Below are positions 1 through 11,530 of a DNA stretch of 64,000 nt, piece by piece; position 1 is the first letter of the stretch; every line of letters begins with the position of its first letter. Under the pieces are notes generated by a model that saw nothing but the letters and a program-made list of their open reading frames with translations, was not told where the DNA came from and did no database searches. The translations under genes and the position numbers were made by a program. The stretch comes from Chiloscyllium plagiosum (taxonomy: Eukaryota). The stretch spans positions 9,375,183 through 9,439,182 of the forward strand of contig NC_057746.1 of assembly GCF_004010195.1 (NCBI RefSeq), in the 5' to 3' direction.

Positions 1-1290
1 GGGAGCAGGGTGTTGTCCCTGGGACAGTGTCGGAGCAGGGTGTTGTCCCTGGGACAGTGTGGGAGCAGGGTGTTGTCCCTGGGACAGTGTGGGAGCAGGG
101 TGTTGTCCCTGGGACAGTGTGGGAGCAGGGTGTTGTCCCTGGGACAGTGTGGGAGCAGGGTGTTGTCCCTGGGACAGTGTGGGAGCAGGGTGTTGTCCCT
201 GGGACAGTGTGGGAGCAGGGTGTTGTCCCTGGGACAGTGTGGGAGCAGGGTGTTGTCCCTGGGACAGTGTGGGAGCAGGGTGTTGTCCCTGGGACAGTGT
301 GGGAGCAGGGTGTTGTCCCTGGGACAGTGTGGGAGCAGGGTGTTGTCCCTGGGACAGTGTGGGAGCAGGGTGTTGTCCCTGGGACAGTGTGGGAGCAGGG
401 TGTTGTCCCTGGGACAGTGTGGGAGCAGGGTGTTGTCCCTGGGACAGTGTGGGAGCAGGGTGTTGTCCCTGGGACAGTGTGGGAGCAGGGTGTTGTCCCT
501 GGGACAGTGTGGGAGCAGGGTGTTGTCCCTGGGACAGTGTGGGAGCAGGGTGTTGTCCCTGGGACAGTGTGGGAGCAGGGTGTTGTCCCTGGGACAGTGT
601 GGGAGCAGGGTGTTGTCCCTGGGACAGTGTGGGAGCAGGGTGTTGTCCCTGGGACAGTGTGGGAGCAGGGTGTTGTGCCTGGGACAGTGAGGGTGCAGTG
701 AGGGAGCTGGGTGCTGTCCCTGGGACAGTGTGTGAGCAGTGAGGGAGCAGGGTGCTGTCCCTGGGACAGTGAGAGAGCAGTGAGGGAGCTGGGTGCTGTC
801 CCTGGGACAGTGTGTGAGCAGTGAGGGAGCAGGGTGCTGTACCTGGGACAGTGTGGGAGCAGTGTGCTGTCCCTGGGACAGTGTGTGAGCAGTGAGGGAG
901 CAGGGTGCTGTCCCTGGGACAGTGTGGGAGCAGTGAAGGAGCAGGGTGCTGTCCCTGGGACAGTGAGGGTGCAGTGAGGGAGTAGGGTGCTGTGCCTGGG
1001 ACAGTGAGGGAGTAGGGTGCTGTGCCTGGGACAGTGAAGGAGCAGGGTGCTGTGCCTGGGACAGTGAGGGAGCAGGGTGCTGTGCCTGGGAAAGTGAGGG
1101 AGCAGTGAGGGAGTAGGGTGCTGTCCCTGGGACAGTGAGGGAGCAGTGAGGGAGTAGGGTGCTGTGCCTGGGACAGTGAGGGTGCAGTGAGGGAGTAGGG
1201 TGCTGTGCCTGGGACAGTGAGGGAGCAGGGTGCTGTCCGTGGGACAGTATGGGAGCAGTGAGGGTGCAAGGGGCTGTCCCTGGGACACTG
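1..1290. repeat. 30-bp minisatellite (gggagcagggtgttgtccctgggacagtgt), near-perfect to ~675 then degenerate
   Basis: About 22 near-identical consecutive 30-bp units, then variant units with cagtgaggga insertions. It explains ORFs 10..690, 27..701 and 59..742, and lies in the intron following the exon at 1360-1558. Confidence 0.97.
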
Positions 1291-1359
1291 TGCGGTCCCT
1301 GGGTTGCGACAGTGTCGGATCAGTGATGGGGTGTGAGCAAAATGCACTTTGTCACCTAC

Positions 1360-1558
1360 CCTTGACAGCTGCCAGTGGAGGCACCATCTTCTCCAGGTCT
1401 GTCCGGTTTGTCTTGCACGGGCTCCCCTTCTCTCTGCAGGTATCGTCCCGGGGAATTCCCTGCTGCGCTGCAACCCCCACGTTCTCCTTAATATCTGCCC
1501 TACTCCTCTGGACTGCACTGTCAAACCGTCTCTGTCGTGGGAAGCGTTCCCGCTCAGT
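1360..1558 (-). CDS. Exon 4 (last visible) of ZSWIM3-N-like/MULE-transposase-derived gene: TERERFPRQRRFD...DLEKMVPPLAAVK(G)
   Basis: Acceptor ctgacttttag, 66 open codons +1 nt, donor G|gtaggt. The phase 0 start matches the end of exon 4406-4514. A PRQRR-type motif follows the HxH in this family. Confidence 0.8.
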
Positions 1559-1662
1559 CTAAAAGTCAGGGGGAGTTGACATTATGTTAATATTCCTAAA
1601 ACAATGCCTGTATCTGTTGGATATAATAAGATGCCACAGGAATATTATGCAGCAGAAAACCA

Positions 1663-2832
1663 CTGTGTGTGTGTGTCAGTAACAGCACGTCCGAAATCAC
1701 CCGTGTGTGTGTGTGTGTGTGTCCATAACTGCAGGTCCGAGACCCCCCTGTGTGTGTATCAGTAACTGCATGTCCGATCCCCCCTGTGTGTGTCAGTCAC
1801 TGCACGTCCGAGACCCCCTTGTGTGTGTGTGTGTGTGTCAGTAACTGCACGTCCGAGACCCCCCTGTGTGTGTGTGTGTCAGTAACTGCACGTCTGAGAC
1901 TCCCCTGTGTGTGTGTCAGTAACGGCACATCCGAGATCCCCCTGTGTGTGTGTGTCAGTAACTGCACATCCGAGACCTCCTGTGTGTGTGTCAGTAACTG
2001 CACATCCGAGACCCCCATGTGTGTTAGTACACTGCACGTCTGAGACCCCCCTGTGTGTGTGTCACTGCACGTCCGAGACACCCGAGTGTGTCAGTAACTG
2101 CACGTCGGAGACCCCACTGTGTGTGTGAGTCAGTAATTACGTGTCTGAGATCCCCCCTGTGTGTGTCAGTTACTGCACATCCGAGATCCCCCGTGTGTGT
2201 GTGTCAGTAACTGCACGTCCGAGACCCCTCTGGGTGTGTGTGTCAGTAACTGCATGTCCGAGATCCCCCCTGTGTGTGTCAGTAACTGCATGTCCGAGAC
2301 CACCCTGTGTGTGTGCTAGTACCTGCATGTCCGAGACCCCCCTGTGTGTGTGTGTCAGTAACTGCACATCCGAGACCCTCTGTCTGTGTGTCAGTAACTG
2401 CATGTCCGAGATCCCCCCTGTGTGTGTCAGTAACTGCACTTCCGAGACCCCCCTGTGTGTGTGTGTGTGTGTGTGTCAGTAACTGCACGTCCGAGACCCC
2501 CATGTGTGTGGGAGTAACTGCATGTCCGAGACCCCCCCTGTGTGACCGTGTCAGTAACTGTACGTCAGAGACCCCCGTGTGTGTGTGTGTCAGTAACTGC
2601 ATGTCCGAGACCCCCCTGTGTGTGTCAGTAAGTGCACGTCCGAGACCCCTGCGTGTGTGTCAGTAACTGCACGTCCGAGACCCCCCTGTGTGTGTGTCAC
2701 TGCACGTCCGAGACCCCCCTGTGTGTGTCACTGCACGTCCGAGACCCTCCTGTGTGTGTGTCACTGCACGTCCGAGACCCCCCTGTGTGTGTGTCACTGC
2801 ACGTCCGAGACCCCCCTGTGTGCGTGTCACTG
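1663..2832. repeat. ~33-45-bp minisatellite (cagtaactgcacgtccgagacccccc(tg)n)
   Basis: About 30 variant units with variable (TG)n; explains the Cys-rich ORFs 1750-2931. Confidence 0.95.
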
Positions 2833-3145
2833 CTGGTGGAAGGATCAGGAATCAGAGGAAGCTGGTTTGAGGTGATTGGCAAAAGAAGCGATGGTGACAT
2901 GAGGCAATACTTTGACATAGCGAGGGGTTAACATCTCGAATGCACTGCCCGAGAGTGTGACCCAGGCAGACTAAATTATGACTTCCACAAAGGGAATTGG
3001 TTCATCTTCTGAACGGGAAAGAAGTACAGGGAAAAGTTGGGGGAGTTGTGGGACTGAGTTGCTCTTGCAGAGAGCAAACACAGTCACGAAGGATTGAATG
3101 GCCTCCATCTGTGGTTCTTCCCTAACCTGTCTTCTTGACAAGTTA

Positions 3146-3420
3146 AGGCGGCACAGTGGCTCAGTGGTTAGCTCTGCTGCCTCACATCGCCAGGGACCTG
3201 GGCTCAATTCCAGCTTCGGGTGACTCTCTGTGAGGAGTTTATATGTTCTCCCCGTGTCTGCATGGGTTTGCTCCGGTTTCCTCCCACAGCCCAAAGATGT
3301 GCAGGTTAGGTGGATAAGCCTAATGTGGGTTACGGGGAGGTGGGTCCAGGTAGATTGCTCTTCAGAGGGTCAGTTTGGACTCAATGGACTGAATGGCCTG
3401 CTTCCACATGGTAGGGATTC
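3146..3420 (+). mobile_element. HE1/V-SINE-type tRNA-derived SINE
   Basis: Head ggcggcacagtggctcagtggttagc, B-box-like motif and central ctccccgtgtctgc...ttcctcccaca domain, shared with many copies in the window. Confidence 0.85.
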
Positions 3421-3713
3421 TACAAAGTCCTTCATCTCTGGTGCCATTCCAATCAGCCTCTTCTGTGTCCACTATATGTTCATGGTATCTCTCTTGGTGC
3501 CCAGGATCGAACATAATATTCCAGTTCTGAGGAAGAGTCACTCAACCCAAAAGAGTGATTTCTCTCCACAGATGCTGATAGACGTGCCAAGCTTTCCCAG
3601 TAATTTCTGTTTTTGTTTCTGATTTACAGCAACAACAGTTTTTTCCGTTTTTACTTATAATATTCCAGCTAATGCCAGAATAGTTAACCATTTAATAGAA
3701 CTCAATTGTTTGT

Positions 3714-4209
3714 CAACACCAGGTTATAGTCCAACAGGTTTATTTGGAAGCACTAGCCTTTGGAATGCTGCTCCTTTATCAGGTAGCTAATCGGGTAGGA
3801 TCATAGGACACAGAATTTATAATAAAAGATCAAAGTGTCATACAACTGTTGTGATGTGTTGAACAAACCTAGATTTCTGTTAAGTCTTTAATCACTTAGA
3901 ATGGGGATGTAGGTTTGAAATCATTAATATGTAAATGATGTAGATTTACATATTAATGAATCAAATCCTGCAGCCCATTCTAAGTGATTAAAGACCTAAC
4001 AGCAATCTAGGTTTGTTCAATACATTGCATCAGTTGTATGACACTTTGATCTTTTACTCTAAATTCTGTGTCCTATGATCCTACCCGACTAGCTACCTGA
4101 TAAAGGAGCAGCATTCCAAAGCTTCCAAATAAACCTGTTGGACTATAACCTGGGTATTGTGTGAGTTTTAACTATGTCCACCCCAATCCAACAGCGGCAC
4201 CTACACATC
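3714..4209. mobile_element. Palindromic non-autonomous Penelope-like terminal element (~215-bp inverted arms, 7-nt loop)
   Basis: Arms ~3719-3936 and ~3944-4153 are reverse complements. Each carries a degenerate ctgat(a/g)a..gaaa-type motif. A related fragment lies at ~25290-25405. Confidence 0.7.
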
Positions 4210-4405
4210 CTAATTGTTTTTGTATGCTTTCTCAATTTATAAAGTCCCCAATCTTGTGTAACTTTTCGAAACGGCCCTAACTTGGGGAGAGACAGAGACA
4301 CACAAACCAGACAGAGAATGAACAGAAGGGAGTGACTGAATGTGCATCAGTGTTGGTGTCAGGATTTCCACACCAGTGGGAAACCTGCCCGCTGGTTTTA
4401 CTTAC

Positions 4406-4514
4406 CTCTTGTACTGTGTGGTTATGTGATTCGATCATCTCTTTCACCACAAACTTGTCTCCATCTGGAGAGAGGCGAACTTTGATAACGCAGGGACACT
4501 TGGTCTTGTTGGTT
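4406..4514 (-). CDS. Exon 3 of ZSWIM3-N-like gene: (R)TNKTKCPCVIKVRLSPDGDKFVVKEMIESHNHTVQE
   Basis: Acceptor gtctgttgcag, donor GAG|gtaagt. The phase 2 start matches exon 8810-9118. It supplies the C...HxH half of a WRKY/FAR1-like zinc-binding fold. Confidence 0.9.
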
Positions 4515-4804
4515 CTGCAACAGACAAATGCAGCATTGTGTCAGGAGCTATAGGGAGACTGGCTTTCGATTCACTTTTCGCACGGTGCGGTAGAAAGACG
4601 ATTAAATTCCTGTTTACAGCCTTCAAGAGACCCAAAAACTGAACAAAAACGTGGAATGCTCAGGAACTGCTGGTCTGAGTGTTTCTGATCCGAATTTGTA
4701 AGCTTTGTTTTGTTCAAATTTTGTCTTGAACGAACAGACTCTGGGTGGGCATGAGGTTCAGAAGTGCTGATGTGTGTGAACTCAGATAAGATTCCAGGTG
4801 AAGA

Positions 4805-5447
4805 AATAGACAATAGACAATAGGTGCAGGAGTAGGCCATTCTGCCCTTCGAGCCAGCACCACCATTCATTATGATCATGGCTGATCATTCTTCAATCAG
4901 TATACTGTTCCTGCCTTATCCCCATAACCCTTGATCCCACTATCTCTAAGAGCTCTATCCAACGCTTTCTTGAAAGTATCCAGAGACTTGGCCTCCACAG
5001 CCTTCTAGGGCAGAGCATGCCATACACCCACCACTCTCTGGGTGAAGAAGTTTCTCCTCAACTCTGTTCTAAGTGGCCTACCCCGTATTTTTAAACTGTG
5101 TCCTCTGGTTCGGGACTCACCCATCAGCGGAAACATGCTTCCTGCCTCCAGAGTGTCCAATCCTTTAATAATCTTATACGTCTCAATCAGATCCCCTCTC
5201 AGCCTTCTATACTCAAGGGTATACAAGCCCAGTCGCTCCAATCTTTCAGCGTAAGATAGTCCCACCATTCCGAGAATTGACTTCGTGAACCTACGCTGCA
5301 CTCCCTCAATAGCCAGAATGTCTTTCCACAAATTTGGAGGCTAAAACTGCGCACAATATTCCAGGTGCGGTCTCACCAGGGCCCTGTACAGCTGCAGAAG
5401 GACCTCTTTGCTTCTATACTCAATTCCTCTTGTTATGAAGGTCAGCA
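4805..5447 (-). mobile_element. CR1/HER1-type LINE 3' fragment
   Basis: ORF 5005..5331 (VQRRFT...RGDLIETYKI...RTRGHSLK) is the CR1 ORF2 C-terminus; (aatagac)n tail. Confidence 0.92.
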
Positions 5448-6000
5448 TTAAAGACTGGAAAGGGTTCAGACAGGATTCACCAGGACGTTGCCAGGAACAG
5501 ACTGCATGAGTTATAAGGACCGGCTGGGACTCTTTTCACTGGAGGCTGAAGGGTGATATTATAGACGTTTATAAAGTCATGAGGGGTATAGATAAGTTAA
5601 TTGACTGATTGATTTATTGTCACGTGCACCAAGGTACAGTGAAAAGTTTTGTTTACGAGCAGTATAAGCTTTCTCCCTCGGGTGGGGGATTTCAAGACCG
5701 GGGGCATGTTTCCAATGACAGAGGAGAAAGATTAAAGAAAATACATGAGGGACAATTTTTTTTTAAAAGAGTGTGGTTCATATGTGGAATGAACTTTCAG
5801 AGAAAGCAGTGGATGCAGGTACAGTTACAATATTTAAAATATGTTTGGATAAGTACATGAATGAAAAATATTTGGTTGAACATGGGCCAGGAGCAGGCAG
5901 GTTGAACTAGTTTACTTTGGGATTATGATCGGTATGGACTGGGAGGACCGAAGGGTCTGTATCTGTGCTGTATAACTCTCTGACTGTGAGTCTATGACTT
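5448..6000 (+). mobile_element. Degenerate CR1 3' fragment
   Basis: agggttcag...ttcaccaggacgttgcc, catgaggggtatagataag and ctatgact tail. Confidence 0.75.
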
Positions 6001-6022
6001 CAGTGACATGGTTGAAACATGA

Positions 6023-7290
6023 GGCACTGGAAAAGCACAGCAGGTCAGACAGCATCCAAGGAGCAGGAGAATTGAAGTTTCGGGCATAAGCCCTGGAAGG
6101 GGAGATGAGGTAACTGAAGAAATCAACATTGATGCCATGCGATTGGAGGGCTCCAAGGCAGAAGATGAAGCGTTCTTCCTCCCGGCGTCGGGTGGCTAGG
6201 ATTTGATGGTGGAGGAGGCCCAGGACATGCATGTCCTTGGCAGTGTGGGAGGGTGGGTTGAAGTGGTCAGCCACAGAGTGGTGGGGTTGTTCAGTGCATG
6301 TGTCCCAGAGATGTTCTCTGAAACATTCTGCAAGTTGGTGTCCTGTCTCCCCAATGTAGATGAGCCCACATCAACAGCAATGGACACAGTAAGTGAGATG
6401 TTTGGATGTGCAGGAAAATCTCTGATGGATATGGAAGGACCCTTTGGGGCCTTTGATGCAGGTGAGGGGGGAGATGTGGGCGCAGGTTTTACACCTCGTG
6501 CAGTGGCAAGGGAAGGTGCCGGGAGTGGAGGGTGGGTTGGTAGGGGGCATGGACCTAATGAGGGAGTCGCGGAGGGAATGGTCTCTGCGGAATGCAGATA
6601 GGAGTGTGCAGGGAAATACATCTTTCATGGTGAGGTCTGACTATAGGTGGTGGAAATGGCGGAGAATGATGCGCTGTATCTGGAGGTTATTCAGGTGGAA
6701 GGTGAGGACCAAGGGGGCTCTGCCCTCAGAGGGGTGGGGTTCAAGGGCGGAGTGTGCAAAGTGGAGGAGATGTGCTGGAGGGCATTTTTGACCACGTGGG
6801 AGGGGAAATTCCAGTCCTTGAAATCGGAGGCCACCTGGAATGTTTTGAAGTGGGACTGGTCCTCCTGGGAGCAGATGCTGCAGTGGCAGAGGAATTGGGA
6901 ATAGGGGATAGCATTTTTGCAGGAGGCAGGGTAGGAGGAGGTGTAATCCGGGTAGCGGGGGAGGAGGAGGAGGAGCTGGAGTCCAGGTAGCTGTGGGAGT
7001 CGGTGGGTTTCAAGTAGATGCCAGTGTTGAGTCAGTCACCAGAAATGGAGATGGAGAGGTCCAGGAAGTGGAGCGAGGTGTCTGAGATGGTCCAGGTGAC
7101 CTTGAGGTCAGGGTGGAAGGTGTTTGTGAAGTTGATGAACGGTTCAACCTCCTCGTGGGAGCACAAGGTGACACTGACACAGTCATCGATGTAGCGGAGG
7201 AAAAGGTGGGGAATGGTGCCGGTGTAACTGCGGAAGAGGGACTGTTCCACACATCTGCCCAAGTGGCAGGCACAGCTGGGGCCCATGCCT
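6023..7290 (-). mobile_element. Penelope-like retroelement fragment (RT C-terminus + GIY-YIG endonuclease), frameshifted
   Basis: ORF pieces FLRYIDD, FLDLSISI, KPTDSHSYLD, CKTCAHI, HFNPPSH; Penelope-type terminus at 6023-6095. Confidence 0.9.
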
Positions 7291-7874
7291 ACGTTGCAAA
7301 AGCTCGGGTCATTCTTCGGAAAGAGAAGGAACAGAGGAGATTCAAAAGAGGAAGTTGAAATTCATCAGGCGGTCCGCACAAAGTGGAGAGGGCTGAGAAT
7401 GAGACAGCACAGATTTACGACGACTGACAAAAGACTCAAAGGTGACATGGGGTTAATCCTTTGTTTTAAAAAACACAGTGAGTGTTTACGTTTCAGAATG
7501 CACTGCCTGAGAGTGAAGTTAAAGCTGACATCATTGTGGTCTTTAAACGAGGATTTGAGAATTGAAGAGAACTTTTCTTGCAGGAGTACAAAGGAAGGGA
7601 GTTGGACTAGGTGAGTTAATCTTGCAGACAGCCAGCGCAGGCTTGACAAGCCAAAGACTTTCCCTCTATGTGGTAACCATCATCCGGGTCTGTCAGTCAG
7701 GCCACAGCCAAATAAAGTGCAGTACCTGTGCAGACATGGACACGAATTTAGCCTGACAGCTAGAATCAGCTTTTCCAGCCCTATTCTGGATTTCTCAAAC
7801 CACTGTGTGGTTATTTCTTATTTGAGGCGTGGTCGGTAGTTTAGTGTTGAAATTACCAACTTAAGCAGAGGAAG

Positions 7875-8190
7875 CTCCCACAAACAGGAGTGCAGGGAAA
7901 GGCCAGATCATCGAGGTGGGTTAGGGGATAACTTGGGTCCAGGAGGCCGAGGCTAATTCTCTCGCTTGCTGAAATGACACAGTATTTTCCATCCACCTGC
8001 AAAGGCAATGGGGCCTCTGTTTCTCATCTGATCCAAAAAGACAGCGCCTTCAACAGAGCAGCATTGATAACTGCATTGGAGTTGATTGCTCCCTGATAAC
8101 TGCATTGGAGTTGAAGCTTCAGTCAGGATTTCAGTCCAAATCTCTGGAGTGGACGCTTAACCCCATCTGCCTCAGAGGCAAACATGCCAC
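7875..8190 (-). mobile_element. Old, degenerate DeuSINE (SacSINE1/AmnSINE-like) copy
   Basis: Resemblance from memory (gggcctctgtttctcatctgatccaaaaagacagc, tctctggagtggac); not aligned. Confidence 0.45.
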
Positions 8191-8809
8191 GTACTAGCTA
8201 GGGCCAGTCTGTAATGGCTCTTTGGGCCCTGCATGTTCTGCTTGGCTGAGAGTTGGCAGGCGGGTGGAAGTGGATGGGCACGTCGCTCTTAGAGGGAAGT
8301 CCGAGAACGGTGGCTCCCACTTCACTAACAGAACACGAGAGTGCAGAGCAGGCCATTCAGCCCATTGAACCTGCATCTCCGATAGTTCTAGCCAGTTAGT
8401 TCCAATGCACAACTCTTTCCTCGTGACCCCAAACATTTCCTTCACCTTTAAGTACCTTTGCCTTATCCACATTTCCTTAGAAAGCGATCAATTGCATCTG
8501 TTTTCATCAACGTTTCAGGAAACCACTCCAGAATAAGTTGCACAACTATTTTCCCCATGACCCGGAACTTTTCTCTTGACTTTCAAACTGCCATCCATGT
8601 TCCTTCAGAAAGAGACCGAATACATCTGCTTTCGCCACCCTTTCAGGACACCTAGCCCAAACTGGGATGAATCGCCGTGTTAAATACACTCCAAGCGGGC
8701 CTATGGTGTGGGTTGTGGGGTTACAGAGCGACAGCAGGAGAACCAACTCAGGTGGAGTCAGCCGAAGACTCCTCCCACCCTGTACCAAGGCAGAGACCAC
8801 CCTCCTCAC

Positions 8810-9118
8810 CTCTGGTTTGTCCGCTTTCCGGTGCCTTTCGCCCTGAAGAGTTTGCCCCCGTGGATGCAGGCATAGTCGATCTCGGCGAACCTCAGCGCGT
8901 CGTTCATGGGCCGTTTGGGCGCCCTCCGCCTCTGCGCCTCGATGGTGCGTGAGTGCCTGGTCCAGAGCTGCACGGCGCAGTCCCTCTGGTAGCGGCGGAA
9001 CTCCCGGTGCAGCTCGCTGTACGACGAGAACTCCGCTCCCACTCGGAACCCCACCGTCTGGGACATGGCCATACGTCCCCCACCCACCCCTCTCTCCCCG
9101 GCAACCAGGGAGCGGGAC
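8810..9118 (-). CDS. Exon 2 of ZSWIM3-N-like gene: ...MAMSQTVGFRVGAEFSSYSELHREFRRYQRDCAVQLWTRHSRTIEAQRRRAPKRPMNDALRFAEIDYACIHGGKLFRAKGTGKRTNQ(R)
   Basis: Acceptor ttttttttttcacag, donor AG|gtgagg, open frame, GC/CpG-rich. In-frame ATGs at 9072 and 9066. The GxxFxSYxEL / YxCIHGG / KGTGxRxNQ pattern is that of MULE-transposase N-terminal (ZSWIM3-N-like) domains. Confidence 0.9.
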
Positions 9119-9803
9119 CTGTGAAAAAAAAAACCACACAGGGCAACAGGTCAGGGGGCCGGAACCCTGGAGAATGTGGGTGTGGGAGGGATCTGTCATG
9201 GATTGCACGTCTTAACTGCTGCCGTCAGATCGCAGTGGGTTTTCAGAACAGCTGAGATACGGACCCCTGGCAACAGGCAAGGGGTGAGCAACCCTCCCAG
9301 CTTGTTCTGAAGCCTCAGCGAAGATTCACCTCCACAAACCAGCAGCAGTGAGCTACCCAAAGACGCAAGCGCCTCGATGGTGCGTGAGTGCCTGGTCCAG
9401 AGCTGCACGGCGCAGTCCCTCTGGTAGCGGCGGAACTCCCGGTGCAGCTCGCTGTACGACGAGAACTCCGCTCCCACTCGGAACCCCACCGTCTGGGACA
9501 TGGCCATACGTCCCCCACCCCCCCCTCTCTCCCCGGCAACCAGGGAGCGGGACCTGTGAAAAAAAAACACACAGGGCAACAGGTCAGGGGGCTGGAACCC
9601 TGGAGAATGTGGGTGTGGGAGGGATCTGTCATGGATTGCACGTCTTAACTGCTGCCGTCAGATCGCAGTGGGTTTTCAGAACAGCTGAGATACGGACCCC
9701 TGGCAACAGGCAAGGGGTGAGCAACCCTCCCAGCTTGTTCTGAAGCCTCAGCGAAGATTCACCTCCACAAACCAGCAGCAGTGAGCTACCCAAAGACGCA
9801 AGC
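8934..9803. repeat. Tandem duplication (~435 bp; 8934-9368 / 9369-9803) including the 5' part of exon 2 and its splice acceptor
   Basis: Direct comparison shows only a few differences; gc microhomology at the junction. Confidence 0.92.
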
Positions 9804-10104
9804 AGAGGGGTGTAGAGCAAAACGATCGGGTTTTCAAAACAACTTGCCCTTTTGCTCATGGTAGTGTGTGAAACGTTAGTTGGGGGTAGCCAGCATTGTG
9901 GAGTCACCGTGATCTAACTGAATAGCCCCAGTGGCCCATTCCTGATTTTGAAGCATGACCCAGGAGCCTGGGGTGATGAGGGACAGGAGAAACTTCCAGG
10001 GTGTTTCCGCATGGATCAGGAACACAGACACTCTCAGGGGCTGCTAATGTTGAAGCGGGAGTGCAGAATCACTTGGGACCATCTACAAAGTGTCCACCTA
10101 CAGT

Positions 10105-10420
10105 TTCAGAGTTTAGAACGCCCACAGTGTGGAAGCAGGCCAGTCAGCCCCTCTGAAGACCATCCTGCCCAGACCCACCACCCCCTGTAACCCTGCAATT
10201 CTCACGGTTAGTCCATCTCGCCTGCATATCCCTGGACACCATGGCCAATCCACCCTTGCCTGCATATCTTTGGACTGTGGGAAGAAACCACAGCACCCGG
10301 AGGAAACCCACGCAGATCACAGGGAGAATGTGAGAACTCCACATGGACAGTTGCCTGAGGCTGGAAGTGAACGCGGGTCCCTGGTGCTGTGAGATGGCAG
10401 TGCTAACCACTGAGCCACCC
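10105..10420 (-). mobile_element. HE1/V-SINE-type SINE
   Basis: Reverse complement of SINE head (gtgctaaccactgagccacc) and central domain. Confidence 0.8.
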
Positions 10421-10964
10421 CCAGATCTAGGATCCAGATGCCGGCCGATTGTTCCAAACAGTGAATGTAAAGTTACACCGAGCAGAGAGTGAGACAAACC
10501 TTATTAATGCAGCAGCTACTACTCGGTTCGGCTGGCCTTGTCAGGCAGTCAGTGACCTTTGTCATGTAGCTCAAAAGCCATCAGCATTGAGGACGCAGGA
10601 AGTGAGATTTCTGTTGGAAAACAATGAAAAGTATCAAAGCTCTATCTGTACAACAGAGTAAAGTTCACACTGGGCCTACAGCTCAGGAACAAGCCATTAA
10701 ATCATGCCACACTGATCGTCCACACAAACCATCTCCCATTCCTCTTCATCACATGCAAACAACATAATCTTTTATTCCTTTCTCCCTCTTGTGCTCTTTC
10801 AGCTTCTCCTTAAATGTCTACAAACTGTGCTCTTGTGTTAAATCACAAACGGATCAACCCCACTCTCCCTCGTTGTATGTCTGGCAGGATTTGAACCAGA
10901 GTCACTGGGATTCCAGACTGAGTCGAGCAAAAGTACCACTCAGCCACCTCCTCCTGTTTTTCCT

Positions 10965-11530
10965 GCATGTCCACTCACCTCATCTACCGTGCCCGTTGCT
11001 CTAGATATGGGCTCCTCTACATCGGGCCAACTCAGGGAGCATTTCAGGGAACATCTCTGGGACACACGCACCCAACAACCCCACCGCCCCGTGGCCGACT
11101 ACTTCAACTCTCCCTCCCACTCCGGTAAGGACATGCAAGTCCTGGGCCTCCTCCACCGCCAACTCAAAGCCACCCAACAACTGGAGAAAGAACGCTTGAT
11201 CTTCCGCCTTGGCACCCTTCAACCACATGATATCAACACTGACCTCACTGATTTCCAAATTTCCCCTCCACCCCCCCCCAGATCCAACCCTCCAGCCTAG
11301 CACCACCTGTCCTACCTGTCCATCGTCCTTCCCACCTATCCACTCCACCCTCCCCACTGACCTATCACAATCACCCCTCCACCTGAGTTCACTTATCGCC
11401 TTCTCAGCTACCCTCCTCCCAACCCCACCCCAAACCCTGAATAATCTCTCAGCCCCGTTCCCTCCCTCCACATTCCTGGTCCTCGGATCCTGCTGGACCG
11501 GCTGTGCTTTTCCAGCGCCACACTTTCCAA
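10965..11530 (+). mobile_element. Penelope-like element 3' fragment (GIY-YIG region)
   Basis: ORF 10989..11300: FREHLWDTR...VADYFNSPSH...LIFRLGTLQP. Confidence 0.85.

Noticed and set aside
10-742. Three ~225-aa repetitive ORFs
   Set aside because: Product of a stop-free 30-bp minisatellite, open in all three frames.
1750-2931. Cys-rich metallothionein/keratin-associated-like ORFs
   Set aside because: Translation of a (TG)n-containing minisatellite.
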